Source: Octopus bimaculoides | Taxonomy: Eukaryota | Direction: 5' to 3' | Assembly: GCF_001194135.2 (NCBI RefSeq) | Contig: NC_068982.1 | Coordinates: forward strand, 75,019,000 to 75,082,999 | DNA length: 64,000 nt | Shown: one piece after another, positions 27,573-39,461 of the stretch | Layout of the letters: every line of letters starts with the position of its first letter | How positions within the stretch are numbered: the stretch's first letter is position 1 | Translations under genes and position numbers: made by a program | The notes under the pieces: model-generated | The model's database searches: none | What the model was told of the DNA's origin: nothing | Seen by the model: only the letters and a program-made list of their open reading frames with translations

Positions 27573-29047
27573 TTGTCTGTGTATAACCCCATCACCACCA
27601 CCATCACTTGATAGTAAGTGTTGATTTGCTTACACCTCCATAACTTAGCAGTTTTGCAAAAGGGACTGATAGAATAAGTACCTGACTTTAAAAAGTACTA
27701 AGGTCACTTTGTATGACTAAATCCTTTGAGGCAGTGCCCCAGCATAGCCAGAGTCCAATGACTGACACAAATAAAAGTTAAAGGATAAAACATACACTAG
27801 TATGTATCTCCTATATGAACACTATCCCACGACATACCTGCAATATTTACAACACACACAGAAGACCTAGTAAAGAAAGCAAACCAGTTACTTACAAGTA
27901 ATCATAGATACCACCACGTTTGGCCAACAGAAAATAATAACAATGGTTTATAAACAATACACTAGATCTATCATGGGCTATAACTAGTGTTACTTGGACA
28001 CTGAAACTCACATACCAAACCACAAACTCCAGAGAAAGAAAAACTGTGTTTTATGCATCATCACACACAACATCAAATACAACCCAAAATTACACCCAGC
28101 AACATAAACATTATATACATACATTAAACAAAAATACATAATGTTGTAGATAACTTGTCTACAACATTCTCATAATACATAGAAGACATAGTAAAGAGAG
28201 TAAAAACGATATATAAACATATTTAGAGCAATCATAGCAACATAGGTCAACCTCTCTCAATATTATTCCCCCCACACACACCATCCCAGTCAAGAAGAGG
28301 TTCATCTTACAAGTTACTTGGTGACCCCACTGGTGCTGATATCATGAAAAAAGCACGCAGTATAATCTGTAAAGTGGTTGGTGTTAGAAAGGGTATCCAG
28401 TTGTAGGAACCATGCCAATGCTTGGTAGAGCATGGCACAGTGCTCTGGTTTGCCAGCTCTTGTCAAACTGTCCAACCCATGCCAGCATGGAATATGAATA
28501 TTAAATGATGATAATGATGATGATGATGTGTAAACAATACATTACATCTATTACAGACAGTGTTAGACCTACATGGGTCTCCAATCTCCCACAACAAACT
28601 ACAATGAACTAAAAAGAACACAAAGCAGATCCTAACAAGTTGTACACAAACTACACCCACAGAACAAGACAAAACATACTAAAAATGTCCAGATGAACAT
28701 GTAAGGCACACAGGTTCTGTTGCTGGAGCAAGCTTCAGCAGCCACTGTCAGTGTTACTTTATAAAAAACCACTTCCAAAAACCCCGACACAACAACCTAG
28801 AGCACAACTATAACATTATAAGACTTCTTTCACATCTACACAGCTTGCACATGCTTAAGGAATACACACTTATCAAAATACTTGCAGTATCAATAGCTTC
28901 ACAGATCCCCAAATTGTGTTGGAATGAATAAACACCAAGAGAGAAGCAGTGAGTGTCATACTCTGAGTCCATCTGGCCCATCACAGAGGACACTACAAGA
29001 ATCTGTGGGCACACAAAAGTAGACAGGACAATAGAGAGAGTGTAACA

Positions 29048-29408
29048 CAGTGATTCTCAACCGTTTTTAACCTATGGACCCCTTCGATTACCTATAGCTC
29101 CAACAACTAGTTAATGCTTGAAAACTAGTTTTATAGACACTTCTTTCAAAATTCCTATTTTGTTTTTCACATGTTCACTTGTGTAGATTTGCAGTAGTAC
29201 TCTCTTAGGGGGCATGTTTCAATTACTGGAAACATGTTGAACTGTGTAAAGCATTAAAGAAAGAAACTAGTAAATTTTTTTTTTTTTTTGTAATAAATAC
29301 ATCTAAAGCAAAATTTTTTCCATTAACACCTAAAATACTACCATGGACCCCCAAAAAATCTTATATTGACCCCCAAGGAGTCATATGGACCCTAGCTGAG
29401 AACCACTG
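29048..29408 (+). mobile_element. hAT (Charlie-type) MITE
   Basis: Termini cagtgattctcaac / gctgagaaccactg; 8-bp TSD gtgtaaca / gtgaaaca (7 of 8 match). Confidence 0.85.
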
Positions 29409-29420
29409 GTGAAACATGTT

Positions 29421-29550
29421 AAAACTGTCACCCCCTACTCTGTATAATTCATTCTTACATGTCGAACTTTACAACAAGGTAAAACTGAAAACCCCCTACT
29501 CTGTATAATTCATTCTTACATGTCGAACTTTACAACAAGGTAAAACTGAA
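29421..29550 (+). repeat. Tandem duplication of about 61 bp
   Basis: ccccctactctgtataattcattcttacatgtcgaactttacaacaaggtaaaactg occurs twice in a row. Confidence 0.95.
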
Positions 29551-31919
29551 AAGAAGACTTGTGGGTCACACCAAGTTATTTTGTCAATTATCTGTGTATC
29601 ATAGGACTACTCAGTCAGAATTGACATGGAGCTACACAACAACAACAACAAACAGAAAGCCAGGCAATTTTTGAATTGTACATACATGTTTTCACATACT
29701 TCCAATCACAAACCCTAGGAATGTCCTTCCAATACAGACAACTGACTTCATGATAACTCAATGGAAAGTTAGGGCTGCTATTCAGAATTATGACAAGTGT
29801 AACATCACTGGTATGACAGTGTAGCAAGTCATAAAAGGCGGCAATATGACGTAATGGTCATTTGCCCAAACAAGCATAATTGTTGGTAACCCCATTGGTT
29901 AAAATTACTGCCCATATACGAATTCTAAACTTTTGTCAAAGAAATCTTTCATGAAATACAGTTCTTAGAATTCGGATATGAGCAGTTATAAAAACCCTGA
30001 TTTTGGGGAAATTACTCAGTGTTCGTAGGATGTTACTAAACTCCATGACACTCACAATAGTGATAGTTGGATGTACTCCATGACACTCACATTGAGATAT
30101 TGGCTATTTTTTATGCCATGTCTATGATAAAAATCCAACATGACTTATTTGAATTGTTGTGAACTCTAGTAGTTAGTATGAAGGATTAGCTAGTGTGAAT
30201 TTTAAGTCATAATTCTCTATGACAAAATGACTACTTTCCAATTGTACTATAAATGTTAACTGTACATAAATAAACTAATGTAGTAATTATTTTCTCTTTC
30301 TTCGTGTTCTTCAACTCGTTTGGTTACTGGCTATAAAAACAGTGATGCTTGTTTACAACTACCATGCAATGCCAAGACAAAGAGACAGAAATACACCCGC
30401 CTATGATGCATGGACATGCACACACACACAACAAATTTCTTTCAGTTTCCAGCAACCAAATCCGCTCACAAGATTTTGGTTAGCATGGGACTATAGAAGA
30501 AGAGACTTGTCAAGGTGCAGTGCAATGGGATTGAACCTGCAACTGTGTGGTCAAAACAAGCTTTTTAACCACACAACCACTCCAACACTTCTATATGTGT
30601 GTGTATATGCGCATGTGTGCGTGTATGTGTGTATTGGTTTCAAATTTTGGCACTCGACCAGCAAGTTTGTGGAAATTAATTACATACTCAACCGATACTT
30701 ATTTTATCGACCCTGAAAGGATAAAAAGCAAAATCAACCTCACCAGAAATTGAACTAAGGAAGTAAAGTTAGACAAAATGCCGCTTAGAATTTTGCCCAG
30801 CACAGTAAGGATTCTGCAAGCTCACCACCTTATGTGTGTGTGTGTGCATATATTATTTCAAACATGTGGTCTCTGTTTAATTATACATGCACCTGCAGTG
30901 ACATTCACCTGGGATGGATTGAACCAGATCTGACCAATAAGCTCACTACGACCCTCACAAACACTGACTACATTTAACAGTTGACCCTAACATTCCAACA
31001 GGCCCAAAAGTCTAGTTTGCAAATCTGACAAATGCCGCACAAGGAGAACATGTGTGTTGGATAGTGCAGATGCTGTAGCTGTAATCATCAATTGTTGTTG
31101 AGGTGTTGGGTTCATGTGGAGGTGTGTGATTAGGGTATTGGACTCATGATCATAAGATTGTGGTTTCGATTCTTGGACCAGGCAAAACACTTCGTTTCAT
31201 GTTGCCCAAGTCCACTCAGCTGGTAAAAATGCGTAATCCTATGACAGACCAGCGTCCCCTCCATGTGCAGAATATATATGCCATGAAACCTTGTCAGTCA
31301 GCACAACACAAGAAGGTAACTTTACTAACTGTTGCGTTCATGTTCTGAGTTTCACTGGGAATACAAGTTCACGTGTGGTCCCCAGTCACATGCATACACA
31401 CGTTGGGGTAGTGTGATCTGTAGCAGCTCACCTTGCTGCCGATTGCCAACCATCACAGAGGATTCACAGATCAAATCTCTGATTATTGCAGTAACCATTG
31501 CCAGTACTTGAAGCAGGTGGTACACATGCAAGTTAACCTATAGCTGGGACGCTAATAAGTGCTGGTACTTTCAGTCAGAATAGGCCTGGAAACAATAGTG
31601 GCTAAGAGGGAATTCCACACTCCTCAAAACCATGGAACTCTCGTATCAAGGCCTCACTACCAGATGCAATTTAAAGTCTTACCCAACCACCAGTATATAA
31701 AAACATGCACCGTTGCATAACAAATAGTACCATATATGTATACAGTAGAGCACACTTCTATTGCATTTAATTTTTCTTAGAACCATTTTTTTTTTTTTTT
31801 TTGCTTTTCTGAAAACCTGTAATTCGTCCAGCACGAGCTAAAATCGCTCAAATCTTAACAACAAAAATATATTTTTTTAAAATTTGTTTCGTTAATTCAT
31901 AAAATATAAATAAATTTCT

Positions 31920-32163
31920 GGTACTACTAAAGCAGCGCGGACCCGAACGCGCAGTCGCGCGTCCGCGCTAGCTAGTCGTGAGTGGTCGATCCTAACCCTG
32001 TCCCTAACCCTAACCCGCGTGTGCAAATGAATACACGTATTCATTTGCACACGCGGGTTAGGGTTAGGGACAGGGTTAGGGTTAGGGTTAGGATCGACCA
32101 CTCACGACTAGCTAGCGCGGACGCGCGACTGCGCGTTCGGGTCCGCGCTGCTTTAGTAGTACC
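31920..32163. mobile_element. Foldback/MITE palindrome with internal telomeric repeats and 9-bp TSD (Mutator-like)
   Basis: Arms 31920-32034 and 32037-32163 are exact inverted repeats except for two extra TTAGGG units. Ends GGTACTAC...GTAGTACC. TSD taaatttct at 31911-31919 and 32164-32172. Confidence 0.9.
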
Positions 32164-34639
32164 TAAATTTCTGGCCTCAGTAGCTTCTGAGATACTGGGG
32201 TGGCCCTGAATAACAATCGAGTAATCAATTAAGCAAACATAATGAAAACCGTGGCAGCTAATGTATTGGTAGACGAATATATTTGCGGTAGCGGTAGTGG
32301 TGGCGGCGGTGGCGGCGGCGGCGGCGGTAGTGATGGTGGTTACACAGTAACGATTGTAATAGTCAATGTGGTGCAGTAAAGCTAGTAGTTAAAACTATGT
32401 CATAACGACTCTCGACACACACTAGCAGACACTATGTGCCTAAGACGTAGCAACAGCAGCAGCAGTAGTAGTAGTACTAAGCAGTTTTAGCAGTAGTAGA
32501 AGTAAAAACGAAAAAAAAAAGGAAATATAGATCTTATGTAATAGTGGTGGTAGTAGTAGTAGCAGCAGCAGCAGTAACATCTTACGCAATAGTAGCAGCA
32601 GTAGGCGGCGCAGCAGCAACATAGATTTCAGGAAATAGTAGTTGTAGCAGTGACAACATAGATCTTATCTAGTAGTAGTAGCAGTAGTAACAATAATAGA
32701 GCTTATGTAATTGTATTTCTACTGAATATAGCAAGTTGCTGTGATTATGTAATAAAATTACCTACGAACTGCAGCAGCAACAGTAGTAGTAGTAGTAGTA
32801 ATAGTTGTTGTTGTTGTTTAGCCCCAGTCAGCGCCGAATGAGCAGGTTTATTATAATCAATACAGATACGTTTTACTCGCAATCATCCCGGCTTTTTCCC
32901 TATCCCTTCTCACGCAGCGCATCTAGGACCACCTCGTTCAATTTGCACCTCAGTTTTTGTTTTGTTTTTTTGGTTTCTTTCCTTTTAAGCTATTAAAGTG
33001 AGGTTTCGCTACTATTTCTAAGAGACCACGTACAGATTCCTTCTCGGTCGTCTTCGAAGATGTTGCTACAGTCAGTTACAACTACCACGATGAGGAGTGT
33101 ATCTGGCAGTTTTCCGATCTCCGTGTAGTCTGTCAGAAATGTAGGAGGATTAAAGCTTGTAGGTAAAGTGTTTAGTTAATATGAAATATTGGTATATGTT
33201 TTCTTGCCTTGAAGTATAAACCAACATCTTGAAGCATGAAATTATTGGAATCAGTCCGACCACTGCCATACACCAGACTGCTACGGCATACCACTCTGCA
33301 CAGTTACTACTACGAGTACTACACTACACAGCTGCACGAAAAATAAAGATTTGTATTTCACGATTATCACAACTTAAATAACCAGATGTTTTATTTTATT
33401 TTATTTTCCAGCAAGCAATTTACTACAAAAAACAATTGTGTGTATGTGTGTAAAAATGTTATGTTTATGAAATGGAATGAAACAGAAAATAATGCATTTG
33501 ATGACAAAAAACAGACATCCCTAATTCCAGCAGCGCATTTTCAGGAAGAAACTTTACTACATCAAAGCTTACGGGAGACTCAACTTCGTGGTTTTTAATA
33601 TATGGGGAGTGGGACGTCATATTTTGCTATCAAATACGGTAAATACAGGCATGTCCCACTGTATTTCAGTCATTCCTGCCTGACAAAGCCTGTCTCATCC
33701 AAGGAGTTGAACTAAACGCTGCATCCTTATGAAACCATATCAATTTCAATGTAATGTTACAGTGATTTATATTTTATTCACTGGCGTGTGATCTGGGACA
33801 CTTTATTAAGTGTCACGACAATGGAAAGAATGACAAGATGGTAAACGGTCGACAAGTTCAATTTATCGACTGGGTCTTTCGTGCGCCGTTGATGAGATAT
33901 ACTAAAACTGGTTAGTTCATAAATAAATACTGGTTTGCTTCGATTGCTTAGTAATTTTTTTATTTACATTCAAACATATATTGCTGTTGATTAAGCGAAC
34001 TGAGGGATTCATTTAAGGCATTTTTCTATCTTTTTTTTTTTTTTTTTTTTTTCGTAAACGAAGTCGTTGTCAAATAAAAGCCACGAGGCAATTTCGATCC
34101 CTAGCTTTTGCCATTCGCTATTACTGATGCTGACAATAACTTTGAGAAAGGTATGAATACCACACAAACTTATTTATTTTCCTTGTGTGTTTGTGTGTGT
34201 GTGTTCATGTATATATGTATGAAAGCATTTGTCTAAATAAGAAATCGCGAGAGACACTGGTGCGATTTCTAATTCTGTCCGGAATCATTTTACCTATGAG
34301 ATCGTTAGGTTTTTCCTGGGAAGTACGAGCAGCAAATATTGGTTCCGCATTCCAACTACTTCTGGCACATCAAACTACAATACATAATATGTATGTGCAT
34401 GTATGACTACATACATGTATGTATGTGTGCATTACGTGTATATATGCACATATTGTACATTTGTACGTACATATACATATACACGCACGTACACGTATAT
34501 TCGTAGGTATGTATGTGTACATGTATGTCGTAATGTTCGAATGTATATACATAATGCAAGTATGTATGTATATGCATGCGCGTTTGTATTTTGGCAATAA
34601 GCACTACTGAGACAAGGTAGGCGTGTGTGTGACTTAATG

Positions 34640-34815
34640 AAAGAACCGGCAGCCCAGCATCCAGCAGCCGCTGTCAGCCATACAATACAATCTATGTCGT
34701 AACGGTATTCATGGCAACAAGCAGAAGCCGACAACCAATAAAATGCGTCATGCAATCGACACACCCTGATCTAGTCATGTGACAGGAGGTAATTTTCCAC
34801 ACCTCTTCCGTCACC
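34640..34815. promoter_or_regulatory. Promoter-like motif cluster in a CpG-rich zone
   Basis: X-box-like gtattcatggcaac (34705-34718), CCAAT (34735-34739), tgcgtca (34744-34750), palindromic gtcatgtgac E-box (34774-34783) and ETS cttccg (34805-34810). CpG is retained across about 32.2-35 kb. Confidence 0.55.
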
Positions 34816-35656
34816 TCCAAAATGCGGAACTGCAATTAGAAACGTTAATTAGTTTGTTTGTTTGTTTTAGAGGGTTTTTTTCTTTCTTTCTCAACATGAC
34901 CAATTTTAGAGAGAGAAGGTTATGGGTTGATGAAATCGGCCTTGCGGTATTCAATTGCGTCCTTTTACGCTCTGAGATCGAATCCAGCCGAGATCGATTT
35001 TTGTCCTTCATCCTTCTAAGATTGATAAAATAAAAGTACCGATTAAGTACTAGGAGTCGATATAAGCAGACATGTCCCTTCCCCCATTATGTATATAGCC
35101 TTGTACACCTGTTGGAAACTAGTATTTATAAGGGATTGACTTCGTCTTTTATACCTGTAGTGTCGTTTCAAATGTTGACACAAGACCAACAACTTTGAAG
35201 TAAGAGAAGCAAATCGATTACAACGACCACCCCCGCTCCCGCAATGTTAAACTGGTACTCATTTATCGACCATGAAAGGATGAAAGACGAAGTCAACCTC
35301 GGTGAAATTAGAACTCAGAATATAAAAAGCCGGAAGAAAAACCGCCAAGTATTTTGCTTGACGCACTAACGACTCTGCCAGCTCCGCCGCCTTAAACCCG
35401 TAGCGTCAATAAAATAAGTACCGGTAATATACTGTAAGAAGATTAATTCAGTTGTGCTCTTACAACTTCATGGTCTCGTGCAAAAATCGCAAATCAAAAT
35501 TTATTAGGGAAACGGGTATAACTGACTGAATCAGTATAATTACATCACAGGTATTTCCAAACGAAAGAAAAATAAGGACGATTCAGGAGATTTGATTGCG
35601 AGATTTTATCGACTCTTGTTGTCATAAATTGCACTCCTCAAAATAAATAATAACAA

Positions 35657-36190
35657 CACTGGGGAACAAATTTCAATTTTTTGTCTATTGAATTAGATTC
35701 CACAGTTAGTTCTAGTTAATTTGGGTGCGCTGATCACGAATTTTTACTCGTTCTTGTTCTACCAGGTCCGGATTTTGAATAGAAATAAGAAAGATGAATT
35801 TAATCGAATGTGAGTCAGAGAAGAATAGTTCAATTGAATTTAACTTAACTGCGTTACGAGAGTGATTTTTGTTTATGTCAAAAATGACCTTTTGACAATT
35901 TTTTTCCATACAGGTGTGTCGCGAGCCTACTAACCATAAAACCGATTGTTATTTTTGTTTTGTCAAGACTTCGGACCTTATTAAGAAAAATAAACATAGT
36001 ATCGAGTACCCAAATTTCGACACGGCGATACGACCTGTGCTACATTCAAATGAAATCCCCATTCCAATATTTAAGAGTCTGCCACCTCAAGAATTAGTTG
36101 AAGGATGTTTCAGAAAACATTGTTATGCACTCTGAGGAGTCTGACACAGATTTTGACCCCAGCGTATTAGAAAGTCAAAATTCTTACTAA
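35657..36190 (+). mobile_element. Internally deleted Chapaev3-like (CMC) DNA transposon
   Basis: Terminus CACTGGGGAACAAA. ORF 35914-36135 reads CREPTNHKTDCYFC...IEYPNFDTAIRPVLHS, matching the WREP..H..DCYFC...YP...A.RPV.H transposase N-terminal motif as recalled. Confidence 0.6.
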
Positions 36191-37177
36191 TTTTTGGCAA
36201 ATCGACCTCGGTGGAACCTGAACTCAGAATGTAAAGAGCCAGAACAAATGACATAAAGCAATTTATCTATTGACTCTCTAACGATTCTGCCAGTTTGCCA
36301 CATCAAAGTTTCTAATTAGCAATTTTGAGGAGGATGGAGCCAGGTCCACTGCATGGACCCAGTACTTGACTGGTACTTCATTTTTTAGACCTCAGAAAAA
36401 ATTAAAAGCAAGGTTACATTCGGCAAAATTTGAACACAGAATATTAATAATAAATAACAACAACAAATACATTAGATTCTTAATAGTAGTTTCAGATTTT
36501 GGCGCAAGACCAGCAATTTTAAGGGAGCAGGCATGTCGATTACATGACTCCAGTGCTTAACTGGTTCTTATTTCATTGATCTCGAAAGCGGGAAGACAAA
36601 ATTTGAACTCAGACTGTAAAGAGCTAGAACAAACGCTCCCATGCATTTCCCTGCCACGTCAACGAATCGGCCAGCTCGCTGTCTTTAGATACTTAATGAA
36701 GAATGATAATCATGAACAACTGTATAAATATCGACCTTGATGTAATAATGATAATAATTAGCTGATTGTATACAGTGCTCAGGTGCACTACAATTCGTAG
36801 GAAAAGGGGCCGAAACCGGACGTGGTTCCTCCTGATGATGTCGTTAACCACTGGATCCTATAAAGGAGTTGTTGAGGTAGCGAACCACGAAACGTTGTTG
36901 GAATTCCTCCAAAGATGGGACAAAAAGCAAACATGAGTAAAGAAAGACAGAATGGAAAGTTAGAAATATATGCACGTACATAGAATAAAACTCTTTATAA
37001 AAAACAATGAATGAAGTTACGCAAAAACGTAATGGGCTTTTTTTGGTAGGAGGAGGGTTGGGAGTATTCTTGTTATTTATTTTAATATACTTTAAATTAT
37101 TGCATAAGCATTTTAAAGATTGTCAGTATTGGTTTACAGAGAGGGGGTGTGCCGTCGCGTCTGAAAAGAACCGGTTC

Positions 37178-37225
<48 letters not shown>

Positions 37226-37231
37226 CGCGCA

Positions 37232-37600
37232 GGCGGAGGCGCAATGGCCCAGTGGTTAGGGCAGCCGAATCGCGGTCATAGGATCACGGTTTCGATTCCC
37301 AGACCGGGCGTTGTGAGTGTTTATTGAACGAAAACACTTAAAGCTCTACGAGGTTCCGGCAGGAGGTGGTGGTGACCCTGCTGTACCCTTTCACCACAAC
37401 TTTCTCTGACTCTTTCTTCCTGTTTCTGTTGTACCTGTATATCAAAGGGCCGACCTTGTCACGCTGAATCTCTCCGAGAACTACGTTAAGGGTACACGTG
37501 TCTGTGGAGTGCTCAGCCACTTGCACGTTGATTTCACGAGCAGGCTGTTCCGTTGATCGGATCAACTGGAATCTTCGTCATCGTAATCGACGGAGTGCTA
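37232..37600 (+). mobile_element. Young tRNA-derived SINE
   Basis: A box tggcccagtgg, B box ggtttcgattcc; near-full homology to 26611-26975. Confidence 0.85.
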
Positions 37601-37611
37601 CGTTTATATGC

Positions 37612-37766
37612 GCAGGAGTGGTTGTGTGGTGAGTAACTTGCTTACCAACCACATGGTTCGGGATTCAGTCCCACTGAGTGGCACCTTGGGCAAGTGTCTA
37701 CTGCTATAGCTTCGGGCCGACCTGAGCATTGTGAATGGATTTGGTAGATGGAAACAAAAAGAAGCC
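37612..37766 (+). mobile_element. CORE-like SINE head cut off by the foldback element
   Basis: gcgcaggagtggttgtgtgg...ggcaccttgggcaagtgtc...gaaacaaaaagaagcc, followed directly by the TIR. Confidence 0.8.
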
Positions 37767-38026
37767 AGTAAATTTCCAGATTAACACCCGCACGATTTTC
37801 ACTAAGGTGCTAGGGTTAGGGTTTTAGGGTCAGGATTAGGGTTTTAGGGTTAGGGTTATGGTTAGAGTTTAGGGTTAGGGTTACGATTAGGGTTTTAGGG
37901 TTAGAGCTAGGGCTGGAATTCCCTAACCCTAACCCTAAAACCCTAACCATGACCCTAACCCTAAACCATAACCCTAACCCTAAAACCCTAGTGAAAATCG
38001 TGCAGGTGTTAATCTGAAAATTTACC
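37767..38026. mobile_element. Second foldback element: about 40-bp TIRs enclosing (TTAGGG)n-(CCCTAA)n
   Basis: Left agtaaatttccagattaacacccgcacgattttcacta versus right tagtgaaaatcgtgcaggtgttaatctgaaaatttacc. Degenerate TTAGGG/TTTTAGGG arrays meet at ggaattcc (37915-37922). Confidence 0.75.
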
Positions 38027-38451
38027 AAGGGGAAGCCTGCAAGACTTCCGCCTATCCCCACCCCAAAAACTACCCTTAAAATAAATTTTTTTTTTTGACA
38101 GAACCACCCCATTTCGGCTACGGGGAATACGAGTCTGCAAAAAAAACTGGCAAAAATCGGCATTTTTTAATTCCCCCCCCCCCCNNNNNNNNNNNNNNNN
38201 NNNNNNNNNNNNNNNNNNNNNNNNNNNNNNNNNNNNNNNNNNNNNNNNNNNNNNNNNNNNNNNNNNNNNNNNNNNNNNNNNNNNNNNNNNNNNNNNNNNN
38301 NNNNNNNNNNNNNNNNNNNNNNNNNNNNNNNNNNNNNNNNNNNNNNNNNNNNNNNNNNNNNNNNNNNNNNNNNNNNNNNNNNNNNNNNNNNNNNNNNNNN
38401 NNNNNNNNNNNNNNNNNNNNNNNNNNNNNNNAAATATGCGGGAAAATATGG

Positions 38452-38842
38452 ACACTGATTCATATCATGATCCACCTTGTCAAAAGCTTTTGCAAAATCA
38501 AAGTATATTACGTCCACATTTGAGTTGTTGAGTAACTGCCTCAACACCCAGTCATAATGTTGTAAGAGCTGGGTCAGGCAGCTCCTATCTGATCGAAAGC
38601 CATTCTGGATATCACTCAGCAAGTTATTTTCTTCAAGGAATGCGATTAGTTTTCCTCTGACTATCCGTTCCATGACTTTGCTGATGTGTGAAGTCAGAGA
38701 GATAGGCCTATAGTTTTTAGCATCTGCTCAGCTTTCCTCTTTATGGATTGGGTATATTATTCCCTCCTTATGCTTGCTTGGCAGTCTCCCATTTGCAAGA
38801 AAGCTCTGGATGAGAATCTGGAGGGGTTTTGCCAGGGCAAAA
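38452..38842 (-). mobile_element. CR1/L2-group LINE reverse transcriptase fragment
   Basis: KNYRPISLTSHISKVMERIV...QNGFRSDRSCLTQLL...VDVIYFDFAKAFDKVDH; runs into a gap. Confidence 0.85.
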
Positions 38843-39389
38843 TATATATTTATAAGAATAACTTACTTGGAGGCAATGCGTGGCATTCGATCATATAATA
38901 ACATAAATAATATATAATTATATGCATATATGTACATACCAACATCTATATGTATACATACAAGCATATATGGGTACAGGACATCACAAAAAACGTTATA
39001 CAATTGCTAGATGTCTGTTAAGTTTGAAATCTTAATTGTTGATATGACATGGTATATTGTCCTTTTTGTCATTTTGGTTATAAAATAAACAGATTAATCA
39101 ACAGAATATAGTATCTGCAAGTTGATGAGTACCTCATATCCCCCTCCATTTTCTTATTGCTATATAAATTTAGGGTAAAAAAAAAAAACCTTTCACCCAC
39201 ACCCACTTATTGCACTTAGTATAACACTAGTGTAACAATAATTGGGCACCCTCCCAGCAGTATATTGAATATATATTATCCCTTAGTGGGTTGAATTCTC
39301 AACCCCTAACTCTCTTGGATTATATAAATATATATATATACATATATTATATAAATATATATATACACACACATATATATACATACATG

Positions 39390-39461
<72 letters not shown>

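Noticed and set aside
27838-28000. Minus-strand exon candidates 27896-28000 (105 bp, open) and 27838-27866 (29 bp)
   Set aside because: The first has a weak polypyrimidine tract, the intervening intron would be only 29 nt, and neither peptide is recognisable.
32990-33162. Plus-strand exon with good acceptor and GTAAAG donor
   Set aside because: All three frames are closed from the acceptor; at best a UTR exon and cannot be supported without RNA data.
37810-37990. Ancestral telomere-telomere fusion site
   Set aside because: The array is enclosed by unique TIRs and interrupts a SINE, which is better explained as a transposon.
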